Shown here piece after piece: positions 1 to 9,130 of a stretch of 64,000 nt of DNA; the first letter of the stretch is position 1; each line of letters opens with the position of its first letter. This DNA comes from a bacterium. Its GTDB lineage: Bacteria; Patescibacteriota; Doudnabacteria; UBA920. The stretch covers positions 11,599 through 75,598 of the forward strand of contig JAKAGU010000004.1 of the NCBI GenBank assembly GCA_021825655.1, in the 5' to 3' direction. The notes under the pieces are model-generated. The model was given only the letters and a program-made list of their open reading frames with translations. It was not told the origin of the DNA and made no database searches. Position numbers and translations under genes: made by a program.

Positions 1-385
1 GCCCCGTAAAGCCCGGGACCAGCAAATGCGTCAGCGGTTTGGAGAACAGCAGGAGCAGCAGGCAAAAGAGCGTCATGAAGCCAGCAGAAAAGTTGAGCAC
101 GGTGTTGGCGTTTTTTATGGCCCGCTGCTTGTCTTTAATCAGCAGGGAGGTAAACACGGGAATGAAAGCCACGGACAGCGTGCCCAAAACCAGCAGATTG
201 AAAATTAAATCCGGGATGCGGAAAGCGGCATAGTATGCGTCCAATATATCCCCCGCCCCGAACTTGGAAGCAAACAAGCGGTCGCGCAGCAGGCCCACCA
301 AGCGCGAGGCCAGCGTTAAAAAGCCCACGATGAGCGCGGCTTTGGAACTGTTAAAATTGGTTTCCAAATTTTTTAGGCCAAGCAT
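1..385 (-). CDS. murJ: Lipid II flippase MurJ (MviN), N-terminal part; gene runs off the window start
   Basis: Minus-strand translation from ATG at 383-385 reads MLGLKNLETNFNSSKAALIVGFLTLASRLVGLLRDRLFASKFGAGDILDAYYAAFRIPDLIFNLLVLGTLSVAFIPVF. This matches the conserved MurJ N-terminus (SRL.G..RD...FGAG...DAF..AFRIP...FIPV). It is absent from the ORF track because there is no stop inside the window. Confidence 0.8.
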   Translation of the reverse strand, partial: MLGLKNLETNFNSSKAALIVGFLTLASRLVGLLRDRLFASKFGAGDILDAYYAAFRIPDLIFNLLVLGTLSVAFIPVFTSLLIKDKQRAIKNANTVLNFSAGFMTLFCLLLLLFSKPLTHLLVPGFTG

Positions 386-392
386 AATTGGG

Positions 393-2564
393 TTAGCGCC
401 TTACGAACACGGCGCCCAGAACCTGGTCGCGGTTTAATTCCAAAGTTTGGGAGTACGAATCCGCAGTCAAGTCCTGCGGCTGGAAATTGGACCATTCCAA
501 ACGGCGGTTGTCGAAGTGCACTTCCTGGGTGAAATTCTGGTTCTGCGCGCCCGGCTGCTTTTGCAGCAGCAGGCTGTAACGGTCAATGTCTTTCAGTTTA
601 AACGGCAGCTGGTAGACCAAGTTTATGTCGCGCGTCTGCCCCCCGTCCAGCTTTTGCCAGTTCCCAAAGAACGTTTTCCCGCTTTCCGAGCCAATGGTCG
701 TGCCGCTGACCAGGTCGCGCACCGCGCCTTTTTCCCAAGCCATGACCTCGTCGTCGGTTTTTTGGTCCAAAGGTTTTTGCATATCCAATACTTTGTAATC
801 AAAACCCTGGTTTTCCAACAGCTTGGAGCCGGCGGGCACAAGCACGCGGATAAAGCTGTTGTTGAAAGTCTGGTCCAAAAGCGGCAGCTTGTTGTGCCGG
901 GTAATGGTCAGGTGGTTGGTTATCGTGCCGTCAGGCGCGATGTCCGTAACCAGCTTCATGCTTTGGTCCACGTAAAGGTCGCTTTTGGTGGCGCCTAAAT
1001 TAGCGCCCACAACCGACAAGTAGTCGCGGTCCGTGTCCAGGATGTGGCCGGACCAGTTAAAGCTCTGGTATAAATTCTGCAGCGGCTCGTTCCGGGAGTA
1101 TAGCAAAATTTGCTTCTCGTTCAAATTTTTCTGCAAGGCTTCCAAAAATTGCGGTTTTTGTTCGGGTTGGAGCTTGGCCAAACGGTCGAAAAGCACAGGC
1201 ACCAGGTCGGCCAAAATTTGTTTGGGTTTATTTTCCGGCATGGTGGCGTATTCCGAGCTGACCACCTGGGTCAGTTCCACAAAATTATCCGGCGTGAGGG
1301 TTACGTTGTACTTGGGCATATCCACGGGTCCGGTCAGGCGCAGCAAATCGATAATCAGGTTGGGCGTAAGGGCAATAATTATATCCGGCGTCTCCCCGCC
1401 TTCCTTTTCGTAAAAAGCGGACAGCTTGCGCGCGGAATCCGGAAAATCGGCAAACCAGTTGGCGTCGCGCATGTACCAGCGGTTGTTGACGTTGAGTACG
1501 GGCTGGGGCGGCGCAATGTTGTCCTGCAGCTGGCCGTCTAACGCGTAAATGCTGTCGACTTTCAGCGTGCTAATGTTGCCGTCCTTCACGTTCAGGCTAG
1601 CAAAGCTGCCGACAAACCCGCCGGTAGGCCTAAGTTCGTTGTTGTTTTCCAAGACGACCAGGATGCGGTTCTGGCCCGAAAAAGTCAGGCGGAAAAGCTC
1701 GAACAGGCTTTTCAGATTCTGGAAATTTTTTGCCAGTTCGGCAAAGCTGCCGGCTTTCTCCACATAACTTTCGCGGTAGCCTGCAGGCAGGCTGTTCGGG
1801 TCAATGTTCTGCAGGTTGTTTTCAATTAACGAAATCCCACGGCTGATTTTTGCCACCGAGGCTTCCATGCGGTCCATAAGCTCCGGGAACTGGGCATTGC
1901 CGGTGACAGCAAACCCCGCAGGCGTAATTTGCAGCTGGTTCATCTGCTCGGCGAATGCCGAAAACTCCGAGCCCACGCTGGCCGCCTGCTGAGCCGTTTG
2001 CACCAGCAAGTCCGCCTGGTGCTTGACCGGCGCCAAATTGACCAGGCCGCCCAGCATGCTGCCCATTTGTGTAAGTTCGTCCCGGCCTGTGTTAAAGCTG
2101 CGTTCCGCCAGGGCAAAACTGTTGCCCGCGGCCGTAAAGTTTTGCTCGCCTAAATCGGTTTTGGCTTTTTGGAACTGCTCCAGGCCCGCGGCCGTAAACT
2201 GCAAAACTTTGTTTTGGGTATCCACGGCCTTGGCGGCCAGGCGGAAACCCTCGATCAGGCCGAGGGGCAAAAGCAAGACAATAACGAACACGGTAAAGTT
2301 CATGGCCGGCCGCGCCTGGCTAAACTTGCGGAAGCGTTGCCTGAGCGACTTGCCCGTGCGCCGCCAGTCTGTGACGGAAAAAGCTTTTACGAGCCGGGAA
2401 AACTCGTACAGGACATAGCCCACCCAGTAAGCCACTTCGTATAACCCCCGGCCCAGCCAGAATAAAAACTTTTTGCCCGAAGGGTATTTGCGCTTTGGGC
2501 CATCGCTCAAGCGTAAAAAAGCCTGCTGGTGGTAGTAAAATTTAAATTTTTTGCGCTTGAGCAT
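393..2564 (-). CDS. DUF4012-family membrane-anchored protein (cell-envelope associated, function unknown)
   Basis: 723-aa ORF with an N-terminal TM segment (MNFTVFVIVLLLPLGLI) and a large extracytoplasmic domain. It resembles DUF4012 proteins seen in Gram-positive/CPR cell-wall clusters. It sits between ftsW and murJ. Confidence 0.5.
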   Translation of the reverse strand: MLKRKKFKFYYHQQAFLRLSDGPKRKYPSGKKFLFWLGRGLYEVAYWVGYVLYEFSRLVKAFSVTDWRRTGKSLRQRFRKFSQARPAMNFTVFVIVLLLPLGLIEGFRLAAKAVDTQNKVLQFTAAGLEQFQKAKTDLGEQNFTAAGNSFALAERSFNTGRDELTQMGSMLGGLVNLAPVKHQADLLVQTAQQAASVGSEFSAFAEQMNQLQITPAGFAVTGNAQFPELMDRMEASVAKISRGISLIENNLQNIDPNSLPAGYRESYVEKAGSFAELAKNFQNLKSLFELFRLTFSGQNRILVVLENNNELRPTGGFVGSFASLNVKDGNISTLKVDSIYALDGQLQDNIAPPQPVLNVNNRWYMRDANWFADFPDSARKLSAFYEKEGGETPDIIIALTPNLIIDLLRLTGPVDMPKYNVTLTPDNFVELTQVVSSEYATMPENKPKQILADLVPVLFDRLAKLQPEQKPQFLEALQKNLNEKQILLYSRNEPLQNLYQSFNWSGHILDTDRDYLSVVGANLGATKSDLYVDQSMKLVTDIAPDGTITNHLTITRHNKLPLLDQTFNNSFIRVLVPAGSKLLENQGFDYKVLDMQKPLDQKTDDEVMAWEKGAVRDLVSGTTIGSESGKTFFGNWQKLDGGQTRDINLVYQLPFKLKDIDRYSLLLQKQPGAQNQNFTQEVHFDNRRLEWSNFQPQDLTADSYSQTLELNRDQVLGAVFVRR

Positions 2565-2568
2565 GGCT

Positions 2569-3672
2569 TTAAGTTTTGGCTTGCCTGGAAATATTCAGCA
2601 AAACGCCTACGGCAGACAGGTTAATCAGCATGGCAGAGCTGCCATAGCTGAAAAAAGGCAGCGGAATGCCGGTTAAAGGCAGTAGTTTAACCATGGCCCC
2701 GATGTTGATAATGGCCTGCAAAGCAATCCAGGCCGTAATTCCAAAAGCGGTGAGGCGGCCAAATTCGTCGGGCGCTTTTTTGGCCAGAGCAATGCCGCGG
2801 ATTAAAAAGGCGACAAATAGAGCGAGAATGGCGGTAATCCGGATAAAGCCCAATTCTTCGGCCGTGACCGCAAAAATGGAATCGCCCATGACTTCGGGCA
2901 GGTAGCTGTGTTTTTGGCGCGAAAGGCCGTAGCCATAACCCCACAGCCCGCCGGAACCCACGGCCAAAAGCGCTTGGTTGACATGATAGCTAATGCCTTG
3001 CGGATCGGAGGCGGGATTAAGGAAAGCGGTAATGCGCTTTAAGCGGTAGGGCTCGAAGTGGACAATGGCGTAAGTCAGCAGGAATCCGGATACTGCGGCC
3101 CAGAACAAATATTTCCAGTTAACGCCTCCGACAATCAGCATAAAAAAAGACACGCCCACGAGCACGGACATGGTGCCAAAATCAGGCTGCCACAAAATCA
3201 TGCCCGCAAATAAGGCCACAATTATCAGCGACGGCAGGAGGCCTAAGGTAAAATCGTTAATGGCCTTGCCTTTTTTTCCAATCCAGGCGGCAATATAAAA
3301 AACCAGGACGATTTTGGCCAGCTCTGCGGGCTGAAAAGTGGTGAAGCCCAAATTCAGCCAGCGGCTCGCCCCGCCCGCGGACACGCCCAGAGGCGTAAGC
3401 TTGGTGGCCGCCAATAAGCCCAAGGAGATTACCACCAGCAAGGGTAAATTTTTCTGCCAAAAATGGTAATCGATCCGGGAAGCAACGTACATGCCGATAA
3501 GCCCGAACACCACCCCGCTCAGCAGCTGCTTTTGTATGTAGTATGTGGAATTGCCCGAATGCTTGAAAGACTCCACGGCTGAAGCTGAGTAAAGGGAAAC
3601 TAAACCCACGGCCAAAAGGGCCAGAGTGATGCCCAGCAAAGCATAATCGAAGTTGGCGCTTTTTTTGACCAT
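2569..3672 (-). CDS. ftsW: SEDS-family peptidoglycan glycosyltransferase FtsW/RodA
   Basis: 367-aa polytopic membrane protein with FtsW/RodA/SpoVE-like sequence throughout. It lies immediately downstream of murD, as in dcw clusters. Confidence 0.85.
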   Translation of the reverse strand: MVKKSANFDYALLGITLALLAVGLVSLYSASAVESFKHSGNSTYYIQKQLLSGVVFGLIGMYVASRIDYHFWQKNLPLLVVISLGLLAATKLTPLGVSAGGASRWLNLGFTTFQPAELAKIVLVFYIAAWIGKKGKAINDFTLGLLPSLIIVALFAGMILWQPDFGTMSVLVGVSFFMLIVGGVNWKYLFWAAVSGFLLTYAIVHFEPYRLKRITAFLNPASDPQGISYHVNQALLAVGSGGLWGYGYGLSRQKHSYLPEVMGDSIFAVTAEELGFIRITAILALFVAFLIRGIALAKKAPDEFGRLTAFGITAWIALQAIINIGAMVKLLPLTGIPLPFFSYGSSAMLINLSAVGVLLNISRQAKT

Positions 3673-3678
3673 AGAAAA

Positions 3679-5040
3679 TTATTTAACGAGGCGCTTAAAA
3701 GTTTCGCCGCGCTGTTTGTAGTTTTTAAACATATCAAAGGAGGCGCAGGCCGGACTGAGCAGCACCACATCGCCTTTTTTGGCCGCAGACCGGGCCTGCT
3801 GGAACACGGCGGAAAAAGTATTGCGGCCTGCGGTGATTTTTTCCGCGGGCACGCGGGCACGCTTCAGTGCAGCCAGAATGCGCGGCGCTTCGCTGCCGTA
3901 GACGACGGCCTTGCGCAGGTTTTTCTGTTCGGCCAGCATTTTAGCTAACGGCCGAAAATCGGAATTTTTACCCGAACCTCCGAGCAGCAGCACAACGGGC
4001 TTCCTAAAGGCCCGGACTGCCGCCATGGTGGTTTCCGGAATAGTGGAAAAGGAGTCGTTGTAGAACTTAACCCCGGCTTTTTGCCCCGCAAACTCCAATC
4101 GGTGTTCCAGACCGCGGAATCGGCGCAAAACTTTTCTGATTGGTCCCAAGCCGCAGCCGGCCAGATGGGCCGCTTCGCTCGCGGCGCAGGCGTTTTCCCA
4201 GTTGTGCTCGCCAATCAGCGCCAGTTCGGATACGGGGATAATTGGTAAAACCTGTTTGCCTTTTTTGAGTACAATCTTCCCGTTTAACACGCAGCAGCCC
4301 TGGGACACGCTTCCAAAACGGCTGACATAACTTTTTTGCCCCCGGCCCAGCCGGCCCACGGCTTTGGAACCCGGGTAATCCCGGTTAAGGACAGTAAAAT
4401 CTTTTTTTTGCTGAAACCGGGTAATCCCGGTTTTGCTTTGCCAGTAGTCCCTGCGATTTTTGTGCCAGTTCAAATGTTCGCTAGTGGTCATCAGTACCAC
4501 GGCAATGTGCGGGCTGGCCTGGACGTCGCGCAACTGGAAACTGGAAAGTTCAAAGACTACCCAGTCGGCCGGCTTAAGCTTATCGTAAATTTCGAAAGCT
4601 TGAAGTTTGCCGATATTGCCCGTAAGGTAAGCGGGGCGGCCGGCCGCTTTCAGCATTTCGTAGACAAGCGTGCTGGTTGTGCCCTTGCCTTTGGTGCCGG
4701 TTACCCCGATTGTGCGCCGGCTGTGGGCTTTTAAAAATTCCGCGGTTTGGCTGGTCACCTTTGCTGTTTTAGGCAGCCGTTTTAGCTCTCTCGGCGGAAT
4801 TCCCGGACTTTTAAAAATAATCTCAAAGCCCTGGAGCTTGGAAAAGGCCAGCTTGCCGAATACCGCGGCCGTGCAGTGCCGCTTTATGAATTGGCGGTCT
4901 GTCACGGAAAAGCCATTTGCCGGACTTTGATCAAAGAGCACGGGTTTTATGCCGTGCCTTGAGAGGTAGCCTATGACTGTTTTGCCTTCCACGCCGAAAC
5001 CCAAAACAGCAATTTTTTTCTGGCGCAACTCGCTTAGCAT
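3679..5040 (-). CDS. murD: UDP-N-acetylmuramoyl-L-alanine--D-glutamate ligase MurD
   Basis: N-terminal Rossmann (KKIAVLGFGVEGK) and Mur-ligase P-loop GVTGTKGKGTTSTL. The position between mraY and ftsW fits MurD. Confidence 0.85.
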   Translation of the reverse strand: MLSELRQKKIAVLGFGVEGKTVIGYLSRHGIKPVLFDQSPANGFSVTDRQFIKRHCTAAVFGKLAFSKLQGFEIIFKSPGIPPRELKRLPKTAKVTSQTAEFLKAHSRRTIGVTGTKGKGTTSTLVYEMLKAAGRPAYLTGNIGKLQAFEIYDKLKPADWVVFELSSFQLRDVQASPHIAVVLMTTSEHLNWHKNRRDYWQSKTGITRFQQKKDFTVLNRDYPGSKAVGRLGRGQKSYVSRFGSVSQGCCVLNGKIVLKKGKQVLPIIPVSELALIGEHNWENACAASEAAHLAGCGLGPIRKVLRRFRGLEHRLEFAGQKAGVKFYNDSFSTIPETTMAAVRAFRKPVVLLLGGSGKNSDFRPLAKMLAEQKNLRKAVVYGSEAPRILAALKRARVPAEKITAGRNTFSAVFQQARSAAKKGDVVLLSPACASFDMFKNYKQRGETFKRLVK

Positions 5041-5042
5041 GT

Positions 5043-6608
5043 CTAGCTTTTCCTTAATACATAGCCGGGCAGCTGGCTGGTGAGCTTGCCTTCAGCCAGC
5101 GCGGGTTTGCCGTTAACGAATACGTAATCGATCCCTTGGCTGAACTGGTAAGGGTTTTGGTAGCTGGCTTGGGAGCTAATTTTAGCCGGATCGAAAATGA
5201 CCAAATCCGCAAAATTGCCAATTTTAATTTCACCCCGCTTTTTGAGGCCAATCTTGGCTGCTGGCCCCGAGGTCAGTTTCTTAATGGCTTTTTCCAAAGG
5301 CATGGCATTTTCAGCCAGTGCCATGTGCAAAAACTTCGGGGCGCTGCCGAAGCAGCGCGGGTGTACCAGCTTGTCTTTGACGGTTTCCGGAAAACCGCCG
5401 CCATCCGTAGCCACAAACGAGAGCGGATGGAAAATAGCCTGTTTAACCTGGTCGGGATTGAGGCTTTCCTCAAAGACCAGAACCTCGCTGCCGCCGTTCT
5501 GGATAATATGCAAAACCGCCTGTTCGCTGGAGACCTCCATGTTTTTGGCAATCTGCCCGATGGTCTTGCCCATGAAATTCAGCTTATTGGCCGTGGAGGC
5601 CACCAGCATGGAAGGAAATTTGACGTTGAGGTTGTTGAGATAGGCCAAAATTTTATTTTTCTGGGTGGGGTTTTCAAAATGCTTGAGCATTACCTGGCGC
5701 CCGCCCTCAATCGCCCAGCGCGGCAGATAGGCGTACAGCGGCTGCCAGATAGCAGTGTAAGGGTAGGCGTCAAAATGCACGTTATAGCCTTTGTGGTAGG
5801 CGTTTTCGATTTTCTGGATGACTTCCTCGAATTTCTGCCAGTTGTTTTCGTTGCGGACTTTGAAATGGGAGATTTTCAAGTTGACTTCCGTGCTGCGCGC
5901 AATGTCCAGGGATTCTTCCACAGCCTCGGAAACCTCCGAACCTTCACTGCGCAAATGGATGGAAAACAGGGCTTTTTTCTGAGTCAGAATTTTTGCCAGC
6001 TCGTACAGTTCGATTTCGGAAATAATAATCTCGTGCGAGTAGGACAGGCCGCTGGACATGCCAAAGGCGCCGGCATCAATGCTTTCGGACAAGAATTTCT
6101 TTAAGGCCGCCAGCTCTTCTTTTTCCAGGCTGCGCACCTGGTCGCCGACGATGCCTCGCCTCAAAGTGGAATACCCCACCAGGCTGGCCACGTTGCAGGC
6201 AAAACGGTGACGGGAAAGCTCCTCGATGTACTCGCTAAACGATTGCCAGTTGATGTTTGTGCCTTCCAGGTTGTGCCATTTCTGCACGGACAAAAGCGCA
6301 TCGTGCGACAAAAGCGGCGCTAAACTGGCTCCGCAGTTGCCAATGACGATGCTGGTAAAGCCCTGGGTAATTAGGCTGTCAAACCGCGGATTGTCAAAAA
6401 CCTGCCAATAGCTGTCGCTGTGGTTCTGCAAATCAACAAAGCCCGGAGCCAGCACTTTGCCGCCCGCATCAATAACACTTTCCGCCTCAATGTTGATACT
6501 CTGGTCAATATTGACAATCTTGTCGCCCTGAATGGCCACGTCGGCCTTGCGGGGCGGCTCGCCGGTGCCGTCCACCAGCTGGCAATTTTTGATTAACAGC
6601 GAATACAT
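5043..6608 (-). CDS. N-acyl-D-amino-acid deacylase (D-aminoacylase), amidohydrolase superfamily
   Basis: 521 aa. N-terminus LIKNCQLVDGTGEPPRKADVAIQGDKIVNI and metal-binding HxH region (VDLQNHSDSY) are typical of D-aminoacylases. It is embedded between mraY and murD. Confidence 0.7.
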   Translation of the reverse strand: MYSLLIKNCQLVDGTGEPPRKADVAIQGDKIVNIDQSINIEAESVIDAGGKVLAPGFVDLQNHSDSYWQVFDNPRFDSLITQGFTSIVIGNCGASLAPLLSHDALLSVQKWHNLEGTNINWQSFSEYIEELSRHRFACNVASLVGYSTLRRGIVGDQVRSLEKEELAALKKFLSESIDAGAFGMSSGLSYSHEIIISEIELYELAKILTQKKALFSIHLRSEGSEVSEAVEESLDIARSTEVNLKISHFKVRNENNWQKFEEVIQKIENAYHKGYNVHFDAYPYTAIWQPLYAYLPRWAIEGGRQVMLKHFENPTQKNKILAYLNNLNVKFPSMLVASTANKLNFMGKTIGQIAKNMEVSSEQAVLHIIQNGGSEVLVFEESLNPDQVKQAIFHPLSFVATDGGGFPETVKDKLVHPRCFGSAPKFLHMALAENAMPLEKAIKKLTSGPAAKIGLKKRGEIKIGNFADLVIFDPAKISSQASYQNPYQFSQGIDYVFVNGKPALAEGKLTSQLPGYVLRKS

Positions 6609-6612
6609 AAGG

Positions 6613-7650
6613 TTAAGTTATGAAATAAATGATAACGCCGACAATGCTCATGACCGCGGAAATAATCCAAAAGCGCATGGTGATTTTTGTTTCCGGCCAG
6701 CCAATCGCCTGAAAATGGTTGTGCAAAGGCGAGGAAAGGAAAACCTTCCGGCCCAGAAATTTTTTGGAAAAAATTTGGATAATCGTGGAAAGCGCTTCCA
6801 GTAAAAAAATTACGCCGATAATCGGAATAAGCAGCACGGAGTTGGTGAGGAAAGCAACCACGGCGAGGAGCACGCCCAGCCCCATGGAGCCCGTATCGCC
6901 CATAAAGAACCGGGCGGGATGGACATTAAACCACAGAAAAGCCAGAAGCGAACCGCATACCACGCCAAGCAGGCTGGCTAAGTCGTTTTTGCCCTGAATG
7001 TAGGCAATCAGCGCGAAACCGAAGAAGGCCAAAGAAAGTATTCCGCCGGCCAAGCCGTCCAGACCGTCCGTCTGGTTGACCGAAAAGCTGGTTGCCACCA
7101 CCGTGAAGATAAAAAACGGAATGTACCACCAGCCCAGATCGATAGAGCCGTAGAACGGCACGTGGATGGAGGAAAAATCCAGTTTGAAGTAAAACCACCA
7201 AGCGCCAATGGCCGCCACCAGCACGTAAAGCCAGAGTTTGGAACGGAATCTCAGCCCCCGGCCGTTGTGGCCAAGGCGCCGGGCATCCAGCCAATCATCA
7301 ACCAAACCCACCAGCGAAGCCCCCAAAAAAGCGCCTAAAGGCAGCAGGGTTTCTTTGCGCGTCAAAAAATTCAAATGTGCGGCCCAGGACCAGTCCGTAA
7401 AAGTTTTTAGCAGCCAGAGTAAACCGGCCAAGGCGCAGGTCGTGCCCCAAACCAGAACGCCGCCCATTGTTGGCGTGCCTGCCTTGCTGGCATGAAGCTT
7501 GGAAAAGAGCGGCGTGCTGCCGTCGTTGCGGATCTGCTTACCCAGCTTGTTGCGGTAAAGAAAGGCGGTTAAAAGCGGGGTTGCCAGGAAAGCGGCAATA
7601 AAAGAAAGCGAGGATAACGTGAAAATCTTGTTGAGGATTGAGTCAACCAT
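6613..7650 (-). CDS. mraY: Phospho-N-acetylmuramoyl-pentapeptide transferase MraY
   Basis: 345-aa membrane protein with the MraY signature FFMGDTGSMGLG and conserved NxxNxxDGxDGL-like region (VNQTDGLDGLAGG). Confidence 0.9.
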   Translation of the reverse strand: MVDSILNKIFTLSSLSFIAAFLATPLLTAFLYRNKLGKQIRNDGSTPLFSKLHASKAGTPTMGGVLVWGTTCALAGLLWLLKTFTDWSWAAHLNFLTRKETLLPLGAFLGASLVGLVDDWLDARRLGHNGRGLRFRSKLWLYVLVAAIGAWWFYFKLDFSSIHVPFYGSIDLGWWYIPFFIFTVVATSFSVNQTDGLDGLAGGILSLAFFGFALIAYIQGKNDLASLLGVVCGSLLAFLWFNVHPARFFMGDTGSMGLGVLLAVVAFLTNSVLLIPIIGVIFLLEALSTIIQIFSKKFLGRKVFLSSPLHNHFQAIGWPETKITMRFWIISAVMSIVGVIIYFIT

Positions 7651-7692
7651 ATTGGCTTTATTTTACCACAAAACGCGTCTTTTCCCAAATAA

Positions 7693-8691
7693 CTACTTAG
7701 CCAAATGGAAATTCTTCGTTACTTCATCTATCAGCTTTAAGGCATCCGCTTCCCTGTTCAGGCTGCCCAGGACAATCACCACCACGGGACGCCCTTCAAA
7801 GTAGGTTTTCAGGGCAATGGAGCCCAAGGTGGTTTCGGTGTAGCCTGTCTTAATCGCATAAATGTTTTTTCTGCTGCCCACCAGCTTATTGGTGGCGCGC
7901 GCCCGGTAGGTTTCATTAAAACTGCCTTTAAACGAATACCCGGTTTTAGATTCCAGAGCGGTAAATGCCCGCAGCTGCTGGGTTTGGTTAACCAGTTTTT
8001 TTAAATCATTGGCCGTAGAATAATTGTTTCCGTAGTCAAACCCGAACGGATTGCCAAAATGAGAATTGTTCATACCCAAGCCTTGGGCTGCTTGGTTCAT
8101 CAAGGTTACTGTGCTTTGCCCGGTCTGGGTTTTTACGACAAAAGCCAATACGCCGGCAGCGTCATTTTCCGAGCCCACCAGCATTGCATTGAAAATATCC
8201 AGGGTTTTAATCCGGTCGCCGGGCCTAAGTTTCAGGCTTGGGCTAATGCTGGAATCTGTGCTGGAAGGCACGGTAATCTCCCCTGCCATGTTTAACTGCT
8301 GGTAAGCCGTGTAAGCCGTAAGCAGCTTAGTCAGGCTGGCAATACCCAAACGCTGGTCCGGGTCGCGGGCCAGCAAATCCTGTCCGGTCTCGGCGTCATA
8401 GACTAAAAAACTCTTGGCAGACACGCCATCCAGCTGCAATTGCCCGGTTTCCTCAAACAGGCTGGGTAAAATGGGCTGCTCCGGCCCACGGAGCGGAGCG
8501 GAAATGGCTCCCAGAACCTGGGGCGCGGGATTCTGGGCCGCAAACCCGCGCGGAGCAGATCCGGGTTTAAAAAAAATCCACAACCCGAGCCCGGCCATGG
8601 CTGCAAAATTAAAAAAAACCGCGCCCCAGAACACCCTTTTTAAAAGTTTTTGTTTTTGTGCCTGCTCCATGTAAAATGTGTATATTCTCAT
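7693..8691 (-). CDS. Serine-type D-Ala-D-Ala carboxypeptidase (peptidase S11, PBP5-like)
   Basis: SxxK (ASLTKLL), SxN (GSEND) and KTG (AIKTGYT) motifs with an N-terminal signal/TM. An alternative start at M8 (8670) is possible. Confidence 0.8.
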   Translation of the reverse strand: MRIYTFYMEQAQKQKLLKRVFWGAVFFNFAAMAGLGLWIFFKPGSAPRGFAAQNPAPQVLGAISAPLRGPEQPILPSLFEETGQLQLDGVSAKSFLVYDAETGQDLLARDPDQRLGIASLTKLLTAYTAYQQLNMAGEITVPSSTDSSISPSLKLRPGDRIKTLDIFNAMLVGSENDAAGVLAFVVKTQTGQSTVTLMNQAAQGLGMNNSHFGNPFGFDYGNNYSTANDLKKLVNQTQQLRAFTALESKTGYSFKGSFNETYRARATNKLVGSRKNIYAIKTGYTETTLGSIALKTYFEGRPVVVIVLGSLNREADALKLIDEVTKNFHLAK

Positions 8692-8703
8692 TATAAAGCA
8701 TGG

Positions 8704-8732
8704 TTGACAAAAGAAAAAATTGTGGATAAGAT
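8704..8732 (+). promoter_or_regulatory. Sigma-70-like promoter for trxA
   Basis: TTGACA (8704-8709), 17-nt spacer, TAAGAT (8727-8732), about 33 nt upstream of the trxA ATG. Confidence 0.45.
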
Positions 8733-8764
8733 GAATTGCAGATTAAAAAATATCCCAACAAAAT

Positions 8765-9085
8765 ATGAGTGAAATCACTTTAAACAGCGGCAATTTTGAA
8801 AAAGAAGTCTTAAACTCGCCCATTCCGGTACTCGTGGACTTTTGGGCCGTATGGTGCGGGCCTTGCCGGGCCGTGGCCCCGGTAATTGAAGAACTGGCCA
8901 AGGAATACGAAGGCAAAATCAAGGTAGGCAAGGTGAACGTGGATGAAAATAACGAACTGGCTTCGCGTTACGGCGTAATGAGCATCCCAACTATGAAATA
9001 TTTCAAAGACGGCAAGATAGTCAACGAGATAATCGGCGCAGCACCCAAAGCCCAATTTGAAGAAGCCATTAAAAAGCTTGTATAA
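8765..9085 (+). CDS. trxA: Thioredoxin
   Basis: 106 aa with the WCGPC active site. It is the only plus-strand gene in the window. Confidence 0.95.
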   Translation: MSEITLNSGNFEKEVLNSPIPVLVDFWAVWCGPCRAVAPVIEELAKEYEGKIKVGKVNVDENNELASRYGVMSIPTMKYFKDGKIVNEIIGAAPKAQFEEAIKKLV

Positions 9086-9097
9086 AGTTGTCTGAAT

Positions 9098-9130
9098 TTA
9101 AAAAAACCTCCCTTTCGGGAGGTTTTTTGT
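9098..9130. terminator. Bidirectional rho-independent terminator between convergent trxA and the coupling-ATPase gene
   Basis: aaaaaaCCTCCCtttcGGGAGGttttttg: a perfect 7-bp GC-rich stem with a 4-nt loop, flanked by an A-run and a T-run. Confidence 0.75.

Noticed and set aside
26-233. Two short plus-strand ORFs (60 and 64 aa) at the left edge
   Set aside because: They lie antisense to the murJ N-terminal coding region and have no features of real genes.
5136-6104. 322-aa plus-strand ORF antisense to the D-aminoacylase gene. Similar long antisense ORFs occur at 447-998, 1110-1541, 47356-48189, 60435-61331 and 62209-63231.
   Set aside because: Each lies opposite a gene with clear family-level homology. 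Their translations are Arg/Gly/Leu-rich with no motifs, typical of shadow ORFs on the antisense strand of coding DNA.
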